Of a stretch of 64,000 nt of DNA, positions 9,283 to 17,249 are shown one piece after another. Position 1 is the first letter of the stretch. Each line of letters starts with the position of its first letter. This stretch comes from a virus (lineage: Duplodnaviria > Caudoviricetes). The position numbers and the translations under genes were made by a program. A model generated the notes under the pieces. It did not search any database. It worked only from the letters and a program-made list of their open reading frames with translations, and was not told the DNA's origin. The stretch spans positions 1 through 64,000 of IMG/VR virus record IMGVR_UViG_3300028048_000063. One strand, written 5' to 3'.

Positions 9283-9309
9283 AAAAAAAGGAGGATCTTA
9301 ATCCTCCTT
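9283..9309 (-). terminator. intrinsic terminator
   Basis: AAGGAGGAT/ATCCTCCTT stem, T run on the minus strand. Confidence 0.8.
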
Positions 9310-9337
9310 CTCATGCTTCGGTTCTATCTTAAAATAT

Positions 9338-9583
9338 TTAGTCGTCTGCAGAGTTGTTTAGTCTTTTTTGTAAAAGCTCATAAACCTTAGATTTTTTATC
9401 GTATATAGCATTAATTTTATAAACTGGTTTGCCGCCAGATATGTCGACCTGGAGATCTTTAAGGATTGCCTCGAGAAGTTCAAATTCATTAACGATTATA
9501 TCTATCTCTTTTTTATATGCATATTCATCCATAAAATTAAAATTCTGGAGAGCGATTGAGTGCCATGCTTCTTTACCTGTCAT
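9338..9583 (-). CDS. hypothetical protein
   Basis: GGAGG RBS, 81 aa. Confidence 0.7.
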   Translation of the reverse strand: MTGKEAWHSIALQNFNFMDEYAYKKEIDIIVNEFELLEAILKDLQVDISGGKPVYKINAIYDKKSKVYELLQKRLNNSADD

Positions 9584-9935
9584 TTGTGGTGTCCTCCTGT
9601 ACTTTTGTTTTTAAATCATAAAAGTCATCCATGAGTGTGTTCACATAATTCTCGATTTCGACCACATCTTTGGAGTTACATGGGAGCTCGAGGCGGATCA
9701 CATTTTTATCTTCATCATAAGATCCTACGAGATACCAACCTAGAAATTTTCCGAGCACGGAAATATCTTTTTTTAACTCTTCCAAGAAGTCGATTTTTTG
9801 CTGGATCTTGGCGACCTGAAACTCACTTGTTATCACTTCGAGATCGCATTGAAGTTTTACTATTTCTTTGTCTAATAATTCTAATTTTTCTTTTACTGTT
9901 TTCATGTGTTTACACTGCTCCTTTTTTATTGTCAT
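9573..9935 (-). CDS. coiled-coil hypothetical protein
   Basis: 120-aa ORF; alternative start at 9905. Confidence 0.7.
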   Translation of the reverse strand: MTIKKEQCKHMKTVKEKLELLDKEIVKLQCDLEVITSEFQVAKIQQKIDFLEELKKDISVLGKFLGWYLVGSYDEDKNVIRLELPCNSKDVVEIENYVNTLMDDFYDLKTKVQEDTTNDR

Positions 9936-10246
9936 TAGCTTTTGTAACCATCGTAAATTTCTAATGTATAGACATCAGTTTTTCCTGTTAAAGGATCGTC
10001 ACCAATATAGTCTATAACAACAGGAAGTTGTAACTCTTTCACTAAGGATCCTAAGTCATTTGGATCAACAGTAATAAAAGTAGTGATTGAAGATTTTGAC
10101 TCCATTTCACCATCTTCAGAAGGAACATCAAAATCGTCTTCGACGAACTGAATACCTATACAAAAAGATTCTATCAAAGGTAAATAAGATTCATCTAATA
10201 CCCTTGACCAAAAGCTTGATTTTGTGTTATAAATTAAAAATTCCAT
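9935..10246 (-). CDS. acidic hypothetical protein
   Basis: GGAGG RBS; C-terminal LEIYDGY motif. Confidence 0.7.
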   Translation of the reverse strand: MEFLIYNTKSSFWSRVLDESYLPLIESFCIGIQFVEDDFDVPSEDGEMESKSSITTFITVDPNDLGSLVKELQLPVVIDYIGDDPLTGKTDVYTLEIYDGYKS

Positions 10247-10278
10247 ATGTTTATATCCTCCTGTATTTGGACTTTATT

Positions 10279-10353
10279 TGGAGCTGGAGGTGAGAGTCGA
10301 ACTCACAACCTGCTGATTACAAATCAGCTGCTCTGCCATTGAGCCACTCCAGC
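10279..10353 (-). tRNA. tRNA-Thr(UGU)
   Basis: Cloverleaf GCTGGAG...GCTGA-TT-TGT-AA-TCAGC...GTTCGAC...CTCCAGC-T-CCA. Confidence 0.93.
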
Positions 10354-10359
10354 AGATTT

Positions 10360-10447
10360 TGGCGGAGAGTACAGGGCTCGAACCTGTACAAGTCTTGCGA
10401 CTTGGAGAGATTAGCAATCTCTTGAGATACCATTACTCCAACTCTCC
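10360..10447 (-). tRNA. tRNA-Ser(GCU)
   Basis: GGAGAGT acceptor, AGAGA-TT-GCT-AA-TCTCT anticodon arm, long variable arm, G73, encoded CCA. Confidence 0.93.
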
Positions 10448-10540
10448 GTAAGTGCCGGCACAACCCGGCGAGCAATCATTTCGATTGGAGTTCCCCGACT
10501 TTAATTTTCTCACACTTCGGTATCGGGTGGTGGATTTTTG
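10448..10540 (-). ncRNA. candidate structured ncRNA between tRNAs (unassigned)
   Basis: GC-rich spacer with stems CCCGAT/GTCGGG, CAATC/GATTG and GCCGG/CCGGC; no family recognised. Confidence 0.35.
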
Positions 10541-10617
10541 TGGGTGCAGAGGTAGGATTCGAACCTACAACCTTCAGGTTATGAGCCTGAGAAGCTACCG
10601 TTTGCTAGCACTCTGCG
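10541..10617 (-). tRNA. tRNA-Met(CAU), initiator-like
   Basis: C1:A72 mismatch, TCAGG-CT-CAT-AA-CCTGA anticodon arm, GTTCGAATC T-loop, encoded CCA. Confidence 0.88.
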
Positions 10618-10621
10618 ATGA

Positions 10622-10702
10622 TGGTGGACCTGGTCGGTGCTGCCCCGACGTTCTGTGGAGTGCACTTCGGCTTTAACCACAGTCGAAACTTTTCTCAGGC
10701 CC
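10622..10702 (-). ncRNA. minimal tmRNA-like RNA (tRNA-like domain only, no mRNA-like domain)
   Basis: GGGCCTG/CAGGTCC acceptor with G3:U70, A73-CCA, stemless D region ending TTTCGAC, helix CTGTGG/CCACAG, 3-nt AAC linker, T-arm GTCGG-GGCAGCA-CCGAC. Confidence 0.75.
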
Positions 10703-10704
10703 GA

Positions 10705-10977
10705 TTAATCGAATATGAATCCTCTAACTTGAATACATCCTTCTGGAGTATCTAGAATTCGATCAAAGCAATAATTGAATGTCGACGCATATTCTGTCAA
10801 CTCTCCACAAGTTGAATTCTTGCCAAAATATAAAGGTTCATTTGTTTCTTCGTCTACGTATGTTTTCAGATATTCGTTTACATCTTTCTCGGCTTCTTTT
10901 AATGTATCATAGAAACCTACAAGATACCAGTTATTATATTCGTCTACAAAAACTACTTCATATTTCTTTAATTCCAT
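10705..10977 (-). CDS. hypothetical protein
   Basis: Probable start MELKKY at 10977 after GAGGGG. Confidence 0.7.
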   Translation of the reverse strand: MELKKYEVVFVDEYNNWYLVGFYDTLKEAEKDVNEYLKTYVDEETNEPLYFGKNSTCGELTEYASTFNYCFDRILDTPEGCIQVRGFIFD

Positions 10978-10996
10978 ACTGAATAAAACCCCTCTT

Positions 10997-11578
10997 TTAT
11001 TGTATTTTTTCACAGAATTCTGCTGCTTTTGCGGCTAGATCTGATAATGTCCCGTTGTTGTCAATTACATAGTCGTAATTGTAATTTAATACATCTGCAT
11101 CAGCATGATTTGAACAAGTGGCCTCTTCTGCTGAAGCACGGTGAATAAATAATGTTTTGGCATTAACACGTTTAACCATCTTTGCTATTTCTTCAGGTTC
11201 ACGGATATGTACAAAAACTACTAAATTATTGTACTCCTCACCATATGTTTTTTTATGAAAAATATGATCAGAAATTGACTCCATGATTTTGTTATATGGG
11301 ACGTCGTTCCAACGTGTTAAGAGGTCTTTTAGATCGCTCAAGAACTTACGATCTTTCTCTGTTTTTGTGCCATCCCAACCAGCTTGTTTTGCGATCGATT
11401 TAACGAAATCTACTGAGGAAACAGCATAGGATCTATTCTCTCCAAGATATTGTTGGCAGAGTTGTGTAAATGTGTCTTTACCTGATCTTTTAGCTCCGTT
11501 CACACAGATCACTTTACAGTACTTTTTTACTGTTTCTTCATTTAATGAATTCTTTAAATTATTGTATTCGTTAGTCAT
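10997..11578 (-). CDS. deoxynucleoside monophosphate kinase-like P-loop protein
   Basis: NGAKRSGKDTF Walker A, HIREPEEI, C-terminal YDYVIDNNGTLSDL. Confidence 0.8.
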   Translation of the reverse strand: MTNEYNNLKNSLNEETVKKYCKVICVNGAKRSGKDTFTQLCQQYLGENRSYAVSSVDFVKSIAKQAGWDGTKTEKDRKFLSDLKDLLTRWNDVPYNKIMESISDHIFHKKTYGEEYNNLVVFVHIREPEEIAKMVKRVNAKTLFIHRASAEEATCSNHADADVLNYNYDYVIDNNGTLSDLAAKAAEFCEKIQ

Positions 11579-11885
11579 GATGCTCCTCTTTTAACCACTC
11601 CTTTAATTTCTTTATTGCTTCTTTACATTCACTGCAAATTATTTCATCACTGTTTTTAACAAATTCTATATTATTCCCACAAATAGCACATCTTTTTGCG
11701 ATTGCTGATATAGATGATTTTTCTACAACACACCCACTTTCTCTTGGACATCTTACAAGATAAGGTTTAGAGCAACTATAATATTCATCTCTATCTTTAT
11801 CAACTAAATCATCTGGTGTTGTAGATGAAGATGTTGTATAAGTATTTATTTTTGTAAAATATATACACCCATTACATTTAATCAT
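11571..11885 (-). CDS. Cys-rich (Zn-finger-like) hypothetical protein
   Basis: CxxC motifs (CNGC, CAIC, CSEC). Confidence 0.7.
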   Translation of the reverse strand: MIKCNGCIYFTKINTYTTSSSTTPDDLVDKDRDEYYSCSKPYLVRCPRESGCVVEKSSISAIAKRCAICGNNIEFVKNSDEIICSECKEAIKKLKEWLKEEHHD

Positions 11886-12192
11886 TGTATAACCACTCCT
11901 TTATCTTTTTGTATTCTTTTCCTGTTAATCCAAACTTTAAATGGAAATAGTCATCATCATCTATGTTATCAAAAACGCAACCACTCTTTATAAATACATC
12001 TTTTATACGAGTTTTAATTATCTCTAATACTTCTAGATCTTCTACGGTTTTGTCTAATTCTTTATAAGAAGTTTCATAACTATTTATGGTTATTGACATA
12101 GGTGGACAATACAACCCTTCTGGTTTGAAACACCCTGTATTACTCATATAATAAGGGCAACTATCATTACATCCCGTTCTTATCTCTCTCAT
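11878..12192 (-). CDS. Cys-rich hypothetical protein
   Basis: CNDSCPYY...CFKP...CP. Confidence 0.7.
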   Translation of the reverse strand: MREIRTGCNDSCPYYMSNTGCFKPEGLYCPPMSITINSYETSYKELDKTVEDLEVLEIIKTRIKDVFIKSGCVFDNIDDDDYFHLKFGLTGKEYKKIKEWLYND

Positions 12193-12401
12193 TTATCTTC
12201 CTCCGTAATTATCGATATTCCTGCGATTTCGTCTGCATTAAAATAGTATTTTGTATTACCATCTTCCACGACATACTTATATTCGTCATAGACGAATGAA
12301 TCGTTGAGTTTGAATATACCTGTGCAGATAAATGCATAGCTCGTTACAAGCTCTACTTCTTTGTTTAGAAAGTTTTGAAATACGTCTCCTGGTAGCTTCA
12401 T
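12189..12401 (-). CDS. hypothetical protein
   Basis: Start MKLPGD in ATGA overlap with the upstream stop. Confidence 0.65.
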   Translation of the reverse strand: MKLPGDVFQNFLNKEVELVTSYAFICTGIFKLNDSFVYDEYKYVVEDGNTKYYFNADEIAGISIITEEDK

Positions 12402-13012
12402 TTTTCCTCTCTTGGTAGATCCCAAAGTTTATAGAAATCTATGCCTGTATCTATCTCAATTTTTTCGTTACCTTCATATCTATAACAATGTGGTATATCC
12501 TTTTTTGTTAATCTGCAAGCTAGTTTATATTCGTTAAAATTGTTTCTATATTGGTTGTCACCTTCTACTTTATCGAAACACTTTTCGCACATATATTCTA
12601 TCCAACCTTTTGTTTCATATCTTGCAGGTTTACCGCAGATAAAACAATATCCCATAGATAGTAATTCATAGCGATTAATTACTTTTGCTGTTTCTGGTCC
12701 TTCTCCGTTATTATATAATCTTAAAGTTCCATATTTTTCTTTTATTTCAGTGAATTCAAAAGTTTTTAAGATCCCGTCTTTGATGAGAGCTTTTCTAAGA
12801 TCTTTTTTGAATTGCTTACCGAAAGCTTTGCGCCATCCTGAGGCGATGTAGCTATATTCTGAGAAGTCCCAGTACTTCTTTCCTGTCCATACATTACGTG
12901 GTTGAAGGAAAGGATATTTAATAAACAAGAAAGCATTATATATGCATCTTGCTGGTTTTGTTAATTGATACTTAAAGAAGTATTTAATATTTGACTTTGT
13001 AATTTTCTTCAT
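12398..13012 (-). CDS. conserved phage hypothetical protein (IKEKYGTLRLY motif with Zn ribbon)
   Basis: EIKEKYGTLRLY, CFICG...CEKC. Confidence 0.75.
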   Translation of the reverse strand: MKKITKSNIKYFFKYQLTKPARCIYNAFLFIKYPFLQPRNVWTGKKYWDFSEYSYIASGWRKAFGKQFKKDLRKALIKDGILKTFEFTEIKEKYGTLRLYNNGEGPETAKVINRYELLSMGYCFICGKPARYETKGWIEYMCEKCFDKVEGDNQYRNNFNEYKLACRLTKKDIPHCYRYEGNEKIEIDTGIDFYKLWDLPREEK

Positions 13013-13042
13013 ATATATGCCTCCTTATGTGTTTCTCTATAT

Positions 13043-13071
13043 ATAATACTGGATATTTTATTTTTTGTCAA
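13043..13071 (-). promoter_or_regulatory. phage promoter family member
   Basis: TTGACA-17 nt (ending ATCCAG)-TATTAT. Confidence 0.8.
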
Positions 13072-13351
13072 CTTCGTAATTAAAAAGACTTTTAATTGTC
13101 TTCTTATATGTGTCTATTTCAAGGTAGTGTTGTAAGAATCCTGGGAAGATCCTGATCACTCCATCTTCAATGTCAAGTCGTACATCGTCTAGTCTATAAC
13201 AGTCATAAATATCAATCACGTTACCATCTTTATCTACAATATCAAAAAGATCATAAGTTTTTCCATCACAAACTATCTTACCATCGTGATACGTACTTGG
13301 TTTTAGATATACATGACCTGTTATTATCTTATTTTTCTTCTCGTTCTTCAT
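13058..13351 (-). CDS. hypothetical protein
   Basis: 97-aa ORF. Confidence 0.65.
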   Translation of the reverse strand: MKNEKKNKIITGHVYLKPSTYHDGKIVCDGKTYDLFDIVDKDGNVIDIYDCYRLDDVRLDIEDGVIRIFPGFLQHYLEIDTYKKTIKSLFNYEVDKK

Positions 13352-13502
13352 CTTCCTTCTTCTCCTCTTTTTGATATCTTTTTAGGATATTATGTTTCTC
13401 TTTATATTCTTCTACCACTCCACCAAAAATTGCAAATATTGTAATAATTGCAGTAGATATTAAGATCCCAATACATACTAATGTGTCAGTTAATACATTC
13501 AT
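13329..13502 (-). CDS. 57-aa membrane protein
   Basis: GAGGTG RBS; MNVLTDTLVCIGILISTAIITIFAIFGG then a charged tail; below the ORF-track cut-off. Confidence 0.6.
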   Translation of the reverse strand: MNVLTDTLVCIGILISTAIITIFAIFGGVVEEYKEKHNILKRYQKEEKKEDEEREEK

Positions 13503-13512
13503 TTAATCACCT

Positions 13513-14574
13513 CTAATCCTCGTTATATTTTATTTCGCTCTCAAATATTTGCCCCTCTTTAATTCCATATACAAGTGAATTATTACTAATGCACTTATTT
13601 AACAGTTCATTATAAGATTGTTCATTATATATTATACAGTTATTCGAAAATGGGGTAAAGAAAGCTGCTTTATTTCCACATTTCTTATCACATTGTTTGT
13701 AAGTCTTGTTATATAATTTTTCATCATTTTTATCATATACTCCATCTTTACCACACAACGTATAACAACCTTCTTTATCGACAAGTGGTTTGTCATTTTC
13801 CATTATAACGTTTTTTAATACTACTTCATATCTAGGTGAAATCCAAGAACCTCTATCAAAAATAAAAGCTTCATTATTTTCAACTTCTTTACCTATAATA
13901 GTTTTTACAGCATTAAACATATCTCTAGCACATTCTTTTTGTAATTCTTTCTCGATCCCTTTGTCTCTCCAGTGTTTATCCCAGAATCTCTTTGCTTTCT
14001 CTCTACTTACATATTCAGTATTGTAATCAGCATAACACATTTCTCTATAGAATGCTAGATATGGCTCTTTTGCTATGTAATAAATATTATCGCACATCTT
14101 ATTAAAAACCCAGTCAACAAAACCATCATCTTTTAAACTAAATTTAAAGTCAAAAGCATATGTAGATGCACTTGGCTTAAACTTATCAATTTCTTCTTCA
14201 AACTGTGTAAAGAGACTGCAATACACTCTATCTGTCCTATACTCTTTCTTTTTCTTATCTTTGGTTTCTTCTGTAGAAACTGGACTCCACCAAATACCAT
14301 ATAACCAGCCAGGTGTTTCTTTAATATGAAAGTGAACAACAGAATTAGTTCCAAAACCAAATATAAAATAACCATCTTGATAGTTTACATCTTCAACAGT
14401 AATTTTAATCCCTTTATATTTCCACTGTGTTTTATCAAACTCTTTTTGAATATCTTTGAAGAGTTTTTCGGTTGCTTGTTTATAAATATCTGCAAATCCT
14501 TTTTTATCTTCAGACTTTACACCTTTTTCATAAATATCTACTAATTTTTCAACTGTATTTGTTAAATTTGCCAT
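13513..14574 (-). CDS. hypothetical protein
   Basis: 353-aa ORF with GAGG RBS. Confidence 0.8.
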   Translation of the reverse strand: MANLTNTVEKLVDIYEKGVKSEDKKGFADIYKQATEKLFKDIQKEFDKTQWKYKGIKITVEDVNYQDGYFIFGFGTNSVVHFHIKETPGWLYGIWWSPVSTEETKDKKKKEYRTDRVYCSLFTQFEEEIDKFKPSASTYAFDFKFSLKDDGFVDWVFNKMCDNIYYIAKEPYLAFYREMCYADYNTEYVSREKAKRFWDKHWRDKGIEKELQKECARDMFNAVKTIIGKEVENNEAFIFDRGSWISPRYEVVLKNVIMENDKPLVDKEGCYTLCGKDGVYDKNDEKLYNKTYKQCDKKCGNKAAFFTPFSNNCIIYNEQSYNELLNKCISNNSLVYGIKEGQIFESEIKYNED

Positions 14575-14575
14575 A

Positions 14576-15037
14576 TTAATCCTCTTTATATAAATCGTAT
14601 TTATTATTTAATGTCACAGGACAATATATCCTATATTGATCCTTTAAATTGTTAGTATTATATTTAATACGTTGCTCTTTGAAAAAATCATTATAATATT
14701 TTATCTTATGTTCGAATGGTAGCTTAACTATTCTGATATTGCTGTAATGTGCAAAGTAAGGATCGTTGCTATCATATTGTTTTTTAACTTGATTTGTCCA
14801 TATTTTATCATTACAAGCAAAGAATATTCTTTCGGATCCAGAATAATCTGTACCTATAAGGATCCAGACATATTTGTAAGTTTTATCTTCTAACCACCAG
14901 TGTTTTTTTCTATTATTAGTTGTGTTGATAAACTGAAAAGGAATATGATAATTATATTCAAACTTATTTATTTGACAGTGTTGAATACAAATATGTTGTC
15001 CGTCTACTCTCTTTAAATCAAAACAAATTGTTGCCAT
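14576..15037 (-). CDS. hypothetical protein
   Basis: 153-aa ORF. Confidence 0.7.
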   Translation of the reverse strand: MATICFDLKRVDGQHICIQHCQINKFEYNYHIPFQFINTTNNRKKHWWLEDKTYKYVWILIGTDYSGSERIFFACNDKIWTNQVKKQYDSNDPYFAHYSNIRIVKLPFEHKIKYYNDFFKEQRIKYNTNNLKDQYRIYCPVTLNNKYDLYKED

Positions 15038-15038
15038 A

Positions 15039-15518
15039 TTAATCCCACCATTTTCCTCTATTTTGCGCTATTAATGTATATGCTTTTAAAATATCTGCTT
15101 GTTCTTTTTCCTCTGCTTGTTTCATCATATCAAGATATGTTTGACGGTTTTCTTCTGAGTCCCATTCAAAACGTATTGTAGGGCATACCGTTGATTTGCC
15201 GCCAAAAAATAATATTTGTTCACCCTCAATTGCTTTGCAATGATCATGATGAAAATCGAAAGCGTCCTGATCGTAATCGCTTGTTTCAATTTTCTTAAAT
15301 ACGTCTAAAACTTCTTGAATTTCTGCAACGATTGGTTCACGAGTTTCATCTACTTGTGCAACGTTCTCAGGATCTGAATAATACTCAAGCATAAGTTCAA
15401 GCTTGTGCACAATTATCTTTTCGAGATAACCATAGTCCCAGTCAAAATCTTCTTTAACTATTTTTTTCCATCTTTTTTTCCAATTTTTATGATGTCCATT
15501 TCTAACAAACTTATTCAT
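15039..15518 (-). CDS. hypothetical protein (DFDWDY...WWD type)
   Basis: AAGGAGG RBS supports the start at 15518. Confidence 0.75.
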   Translation of the reverse strand: MNKFVRNGHHKNWKKRWKKIVKEDFDWDYGYLEKIIVHKLELMLEYYSDPENVAQVDETREPIVAEIQEVLDVFKKIETSDYDQDAFDFHHDHCKAIEGEQILFFGGKSTVCPTIRFEWDSEENRQTYLDMMKQAEEKEQADILKAYTLIAQNRGKWWD

Positions 15519-15766
15519 TAATAAATTCCTCCTTCCAAAGAACATCTAAATACTTTTCTGAGTGTTCTTAACTCTAAATACTTTGTATGTGCGCCTATCT
15601 CAACAGTAGGAAGTGTCTCTTGGATAATATAGACATTCCTAAAAAAGAACTTTCTGTATTTATGGGTTTTTTCTTTAAATTCATCTATATCTTTAGTCCA
15701 ATAAACAGATCTAAATCTTACGTGATGTGGTTTCTTTGTTTTAATTATTTTTGTGCGCATATACAT
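15518..15766 (-). CDS. basic hypothetical protein
   Basis: 82-aa ORF, TAATG coupling to the next gene. Confidence 0.6.
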   Translation of the reverse strand: MYMRTKIIKTKKPHHVRFRSVYWTKDIDEFKEKTHKYRKFFFRNVYIIQETLPTVEIGAHTKYLELRTLRKVFRCSLEGGIY

Positions 15767-15772
15767 CCCCTC

Positions 15773-15976
15773 TTATTTAATATCGTGCTTATTAAGTAAA
15801 TATACAAGTTGCTCAATGTGTTTTCTTGTGCTGTGAATTTCTTTTACTAATACTTCCTTAGCATCTGGTAAAGTACCGTCTTCTCTAAGGTTCTCTGTAG
15901 TGACGTGAAATTCTAAATCATAAAGTTTTACTGATGTTTCTTGTAACTTCTCTGTGAGTGTTTTTGTTTTTGCCAT
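15773..15976 (-). CDS. hypothetical protein
   Basis: AGGAGG RBS, 67 aa. Confidence 0.7.
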   Translation of the reverse strand: MAKTKTLTEKLQETSVKLYDLEFHVTTENLREDGTLPDAKEVLVKEIHSTRKHIEQLVYLLNKHDIK

Positions 15977-16010
15977 GTGCGTATCCTCCTATATATTAGT
16001 CTATATAAAT

Positions 16011-16039
16011 ATAATAATGGATAACATACAAAATGTCAA
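16011..16039 (-). promoter_or_regulatory. phage promoter family member
   Basis: TTGACA-17 nt (ending ATCCAT)-TATTAT. Confidence 0.75.
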
Positions 16040-16077
16040 CCATTATTATACTTTTTTTTAAATTTATTTAGGATTTT

Positions 16078-16710
16078 TTAGAAGAAGACATCTATGTCTG
16101 AAATGATTTCATCAACAACTCCGTAGTTGATTTGATCCTCTGCATACAAGTACCATTCTTCTTTCTTGTGTTTAGCAAGGGTCTTTTGGTCGATCTTTGT
16201 TCTGTCAATAATATAGTCACGCATTACTTGTACAAAGTGCTTATAATCATTCATCTGTGCTTCTGTTTGTTCATATGTGCCTTGTGTGCCACCACTACCA
16301 GAGTGTGCTAATGCTGTAGAGTTTTTAAGACAGAATCTCTTATGTCCTGCTAATAATAAGAGTAAACCTGCGCTCATAGCTGCACCCATATTGAATGTCC
16401 ATACAGGTGTCTTACTTAATGCGATAGCGTCTAATACGCTGAAGCAAGCTTGTCCTTCTCCACCATAACTAAAGATTAAGAGTTTAATTGGCTTACGTTT
16501 CTCTACTGGGATTCCTTGGTCTTCTTTGTTAAACAAAAGGATTAAACGTGAGATTTCGAGTGTTGAACCATCGATTTCGTCATCAATCCAAATAATTCTA
16601 TTCTCTAATTGAATATAATAATTTAGTAATTCTGGATTTGGGAATTTTTGATCATCTGTTGGTATTCCTAATGTTGTTTTTGTTGCTGTTGTTTCTTTTT
16701 TTACTGCCAT
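16078..16710 (-). CDS. clpP: ClpP-family serine protease
   Basis: IFSYGGE, GAAMSAG (catalytic Ser), LAHSG (His), AEDQINYGVVDEI; RBS spacing favours the start at 16710. Confidence 0.88.
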   Translation of the reverse strand: MAVKKETTATKTTLGIPTDDQKFPNPELLNYYIQLENRIIWIDDEIDGSTLEISRLILLFNKEDQGIPVEKRKPIKLLIFSYGGEGQACFSVLDAIALSKTPVWTFNMGAAMSAGLLLLLAGHKRFCLKNSTALAHSGSGGTQGTYEQTEAQMNDYKHFVQVMRDYIIDRTKIDQKTLAKHKKEEWYLYAEDQINYGVVDEIISDIDVFF

Positions 16711-16724
16711 GTTTGTCATCCTCC

Positions 16725-17195
16725 TTAATGTGTAGTATTTTTTAGTTGATTTAAGTATTTTATTTGCTTATCGTAAACGATATCTCGCTGTGTGACGTTG
16801 GTATTAAACCACACGATCCTGTAAAACTTTTTCTTACCTGTGAAGTTAAACTTGACGCCATAAGTGATACTACCGTTATGTTCTTTATCTATTTTTTCTA
16901 TGCTTTCAACATAGTTGAGGTTGATTACATTTCCTTTAATTGTTTGTGTTGTAGGAAACGTAATTTTCTCCTCTTCCTGTGTAGTTTCAGGAGTGTCGAG
17001 TATATTAAAGAAGTCTACATCATTTTCTTGAGATAGATCGAAGATATCTGGTTCACAAAACGGATCTTCAATATCACCATCATATTCGCCATAAAACAGA
17101 TCGTCAAAATTTACATTCTTCAATCTTTCAATAAATTCCTCTGCTTCTGCGAGAACTTCTTCTAATGTTTTCTCTTTTTTTTCTTCTTCTGCCAT
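16725..17195 (-). CDS. hypothetical protein with acidic N-terminal half
   Basis: AAGGAGGAG RBS, 156 aa. Confidence 0.75.
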   Translation of the reverse strand: MAEEEKKEKTLEEVLAEAEEFIERLKNVNFDDLFYGEYDGDIEDPFCEPDIFDLSQENDVDFFNILDTPETTQEEEKITFPTTQTIKGNVINLNYVESIEKIDKEHNGSITYGVKFNFTGKKKFYRIVWFNTNVTQRDIVYDKQIKYLNQLKNTTH

Positions 17196-17219
17196 AGCTC
17201 CTCCTTGAACTATACTAAT

Positions 17220-17248
17220 ATAATACTGGATATTTCTATAAAAGTCAA
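17220..17248 (-). promoter_or_regulatory. phage promoter family member
   Basis: TTGACT-17 nt (ending ATCCAG)-TATTAT. Confidence 0.8.
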
Positions 17249-17249
17249 T

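Noticed and set aside
10448-10540. Theta/HDV-like ribozyme or the missing tmRNA coding piece
   Set aside because: I could not build the nested double pseudoknot of HDV-like ribozymes, and there is no reading frame ending in an Ala-Ala-type tag. Kept only as an unassigned RNA.
10622-10702. Ordinary or intron-containing tRNA-Ala(UGC)
   Set aside because: The loop contains UGC, but there is no D-stem and no canonical 7-nt anticodon loop even after removing a putative insert. The UUCGAC and 3-nt-linker layout is that of tmRNA.
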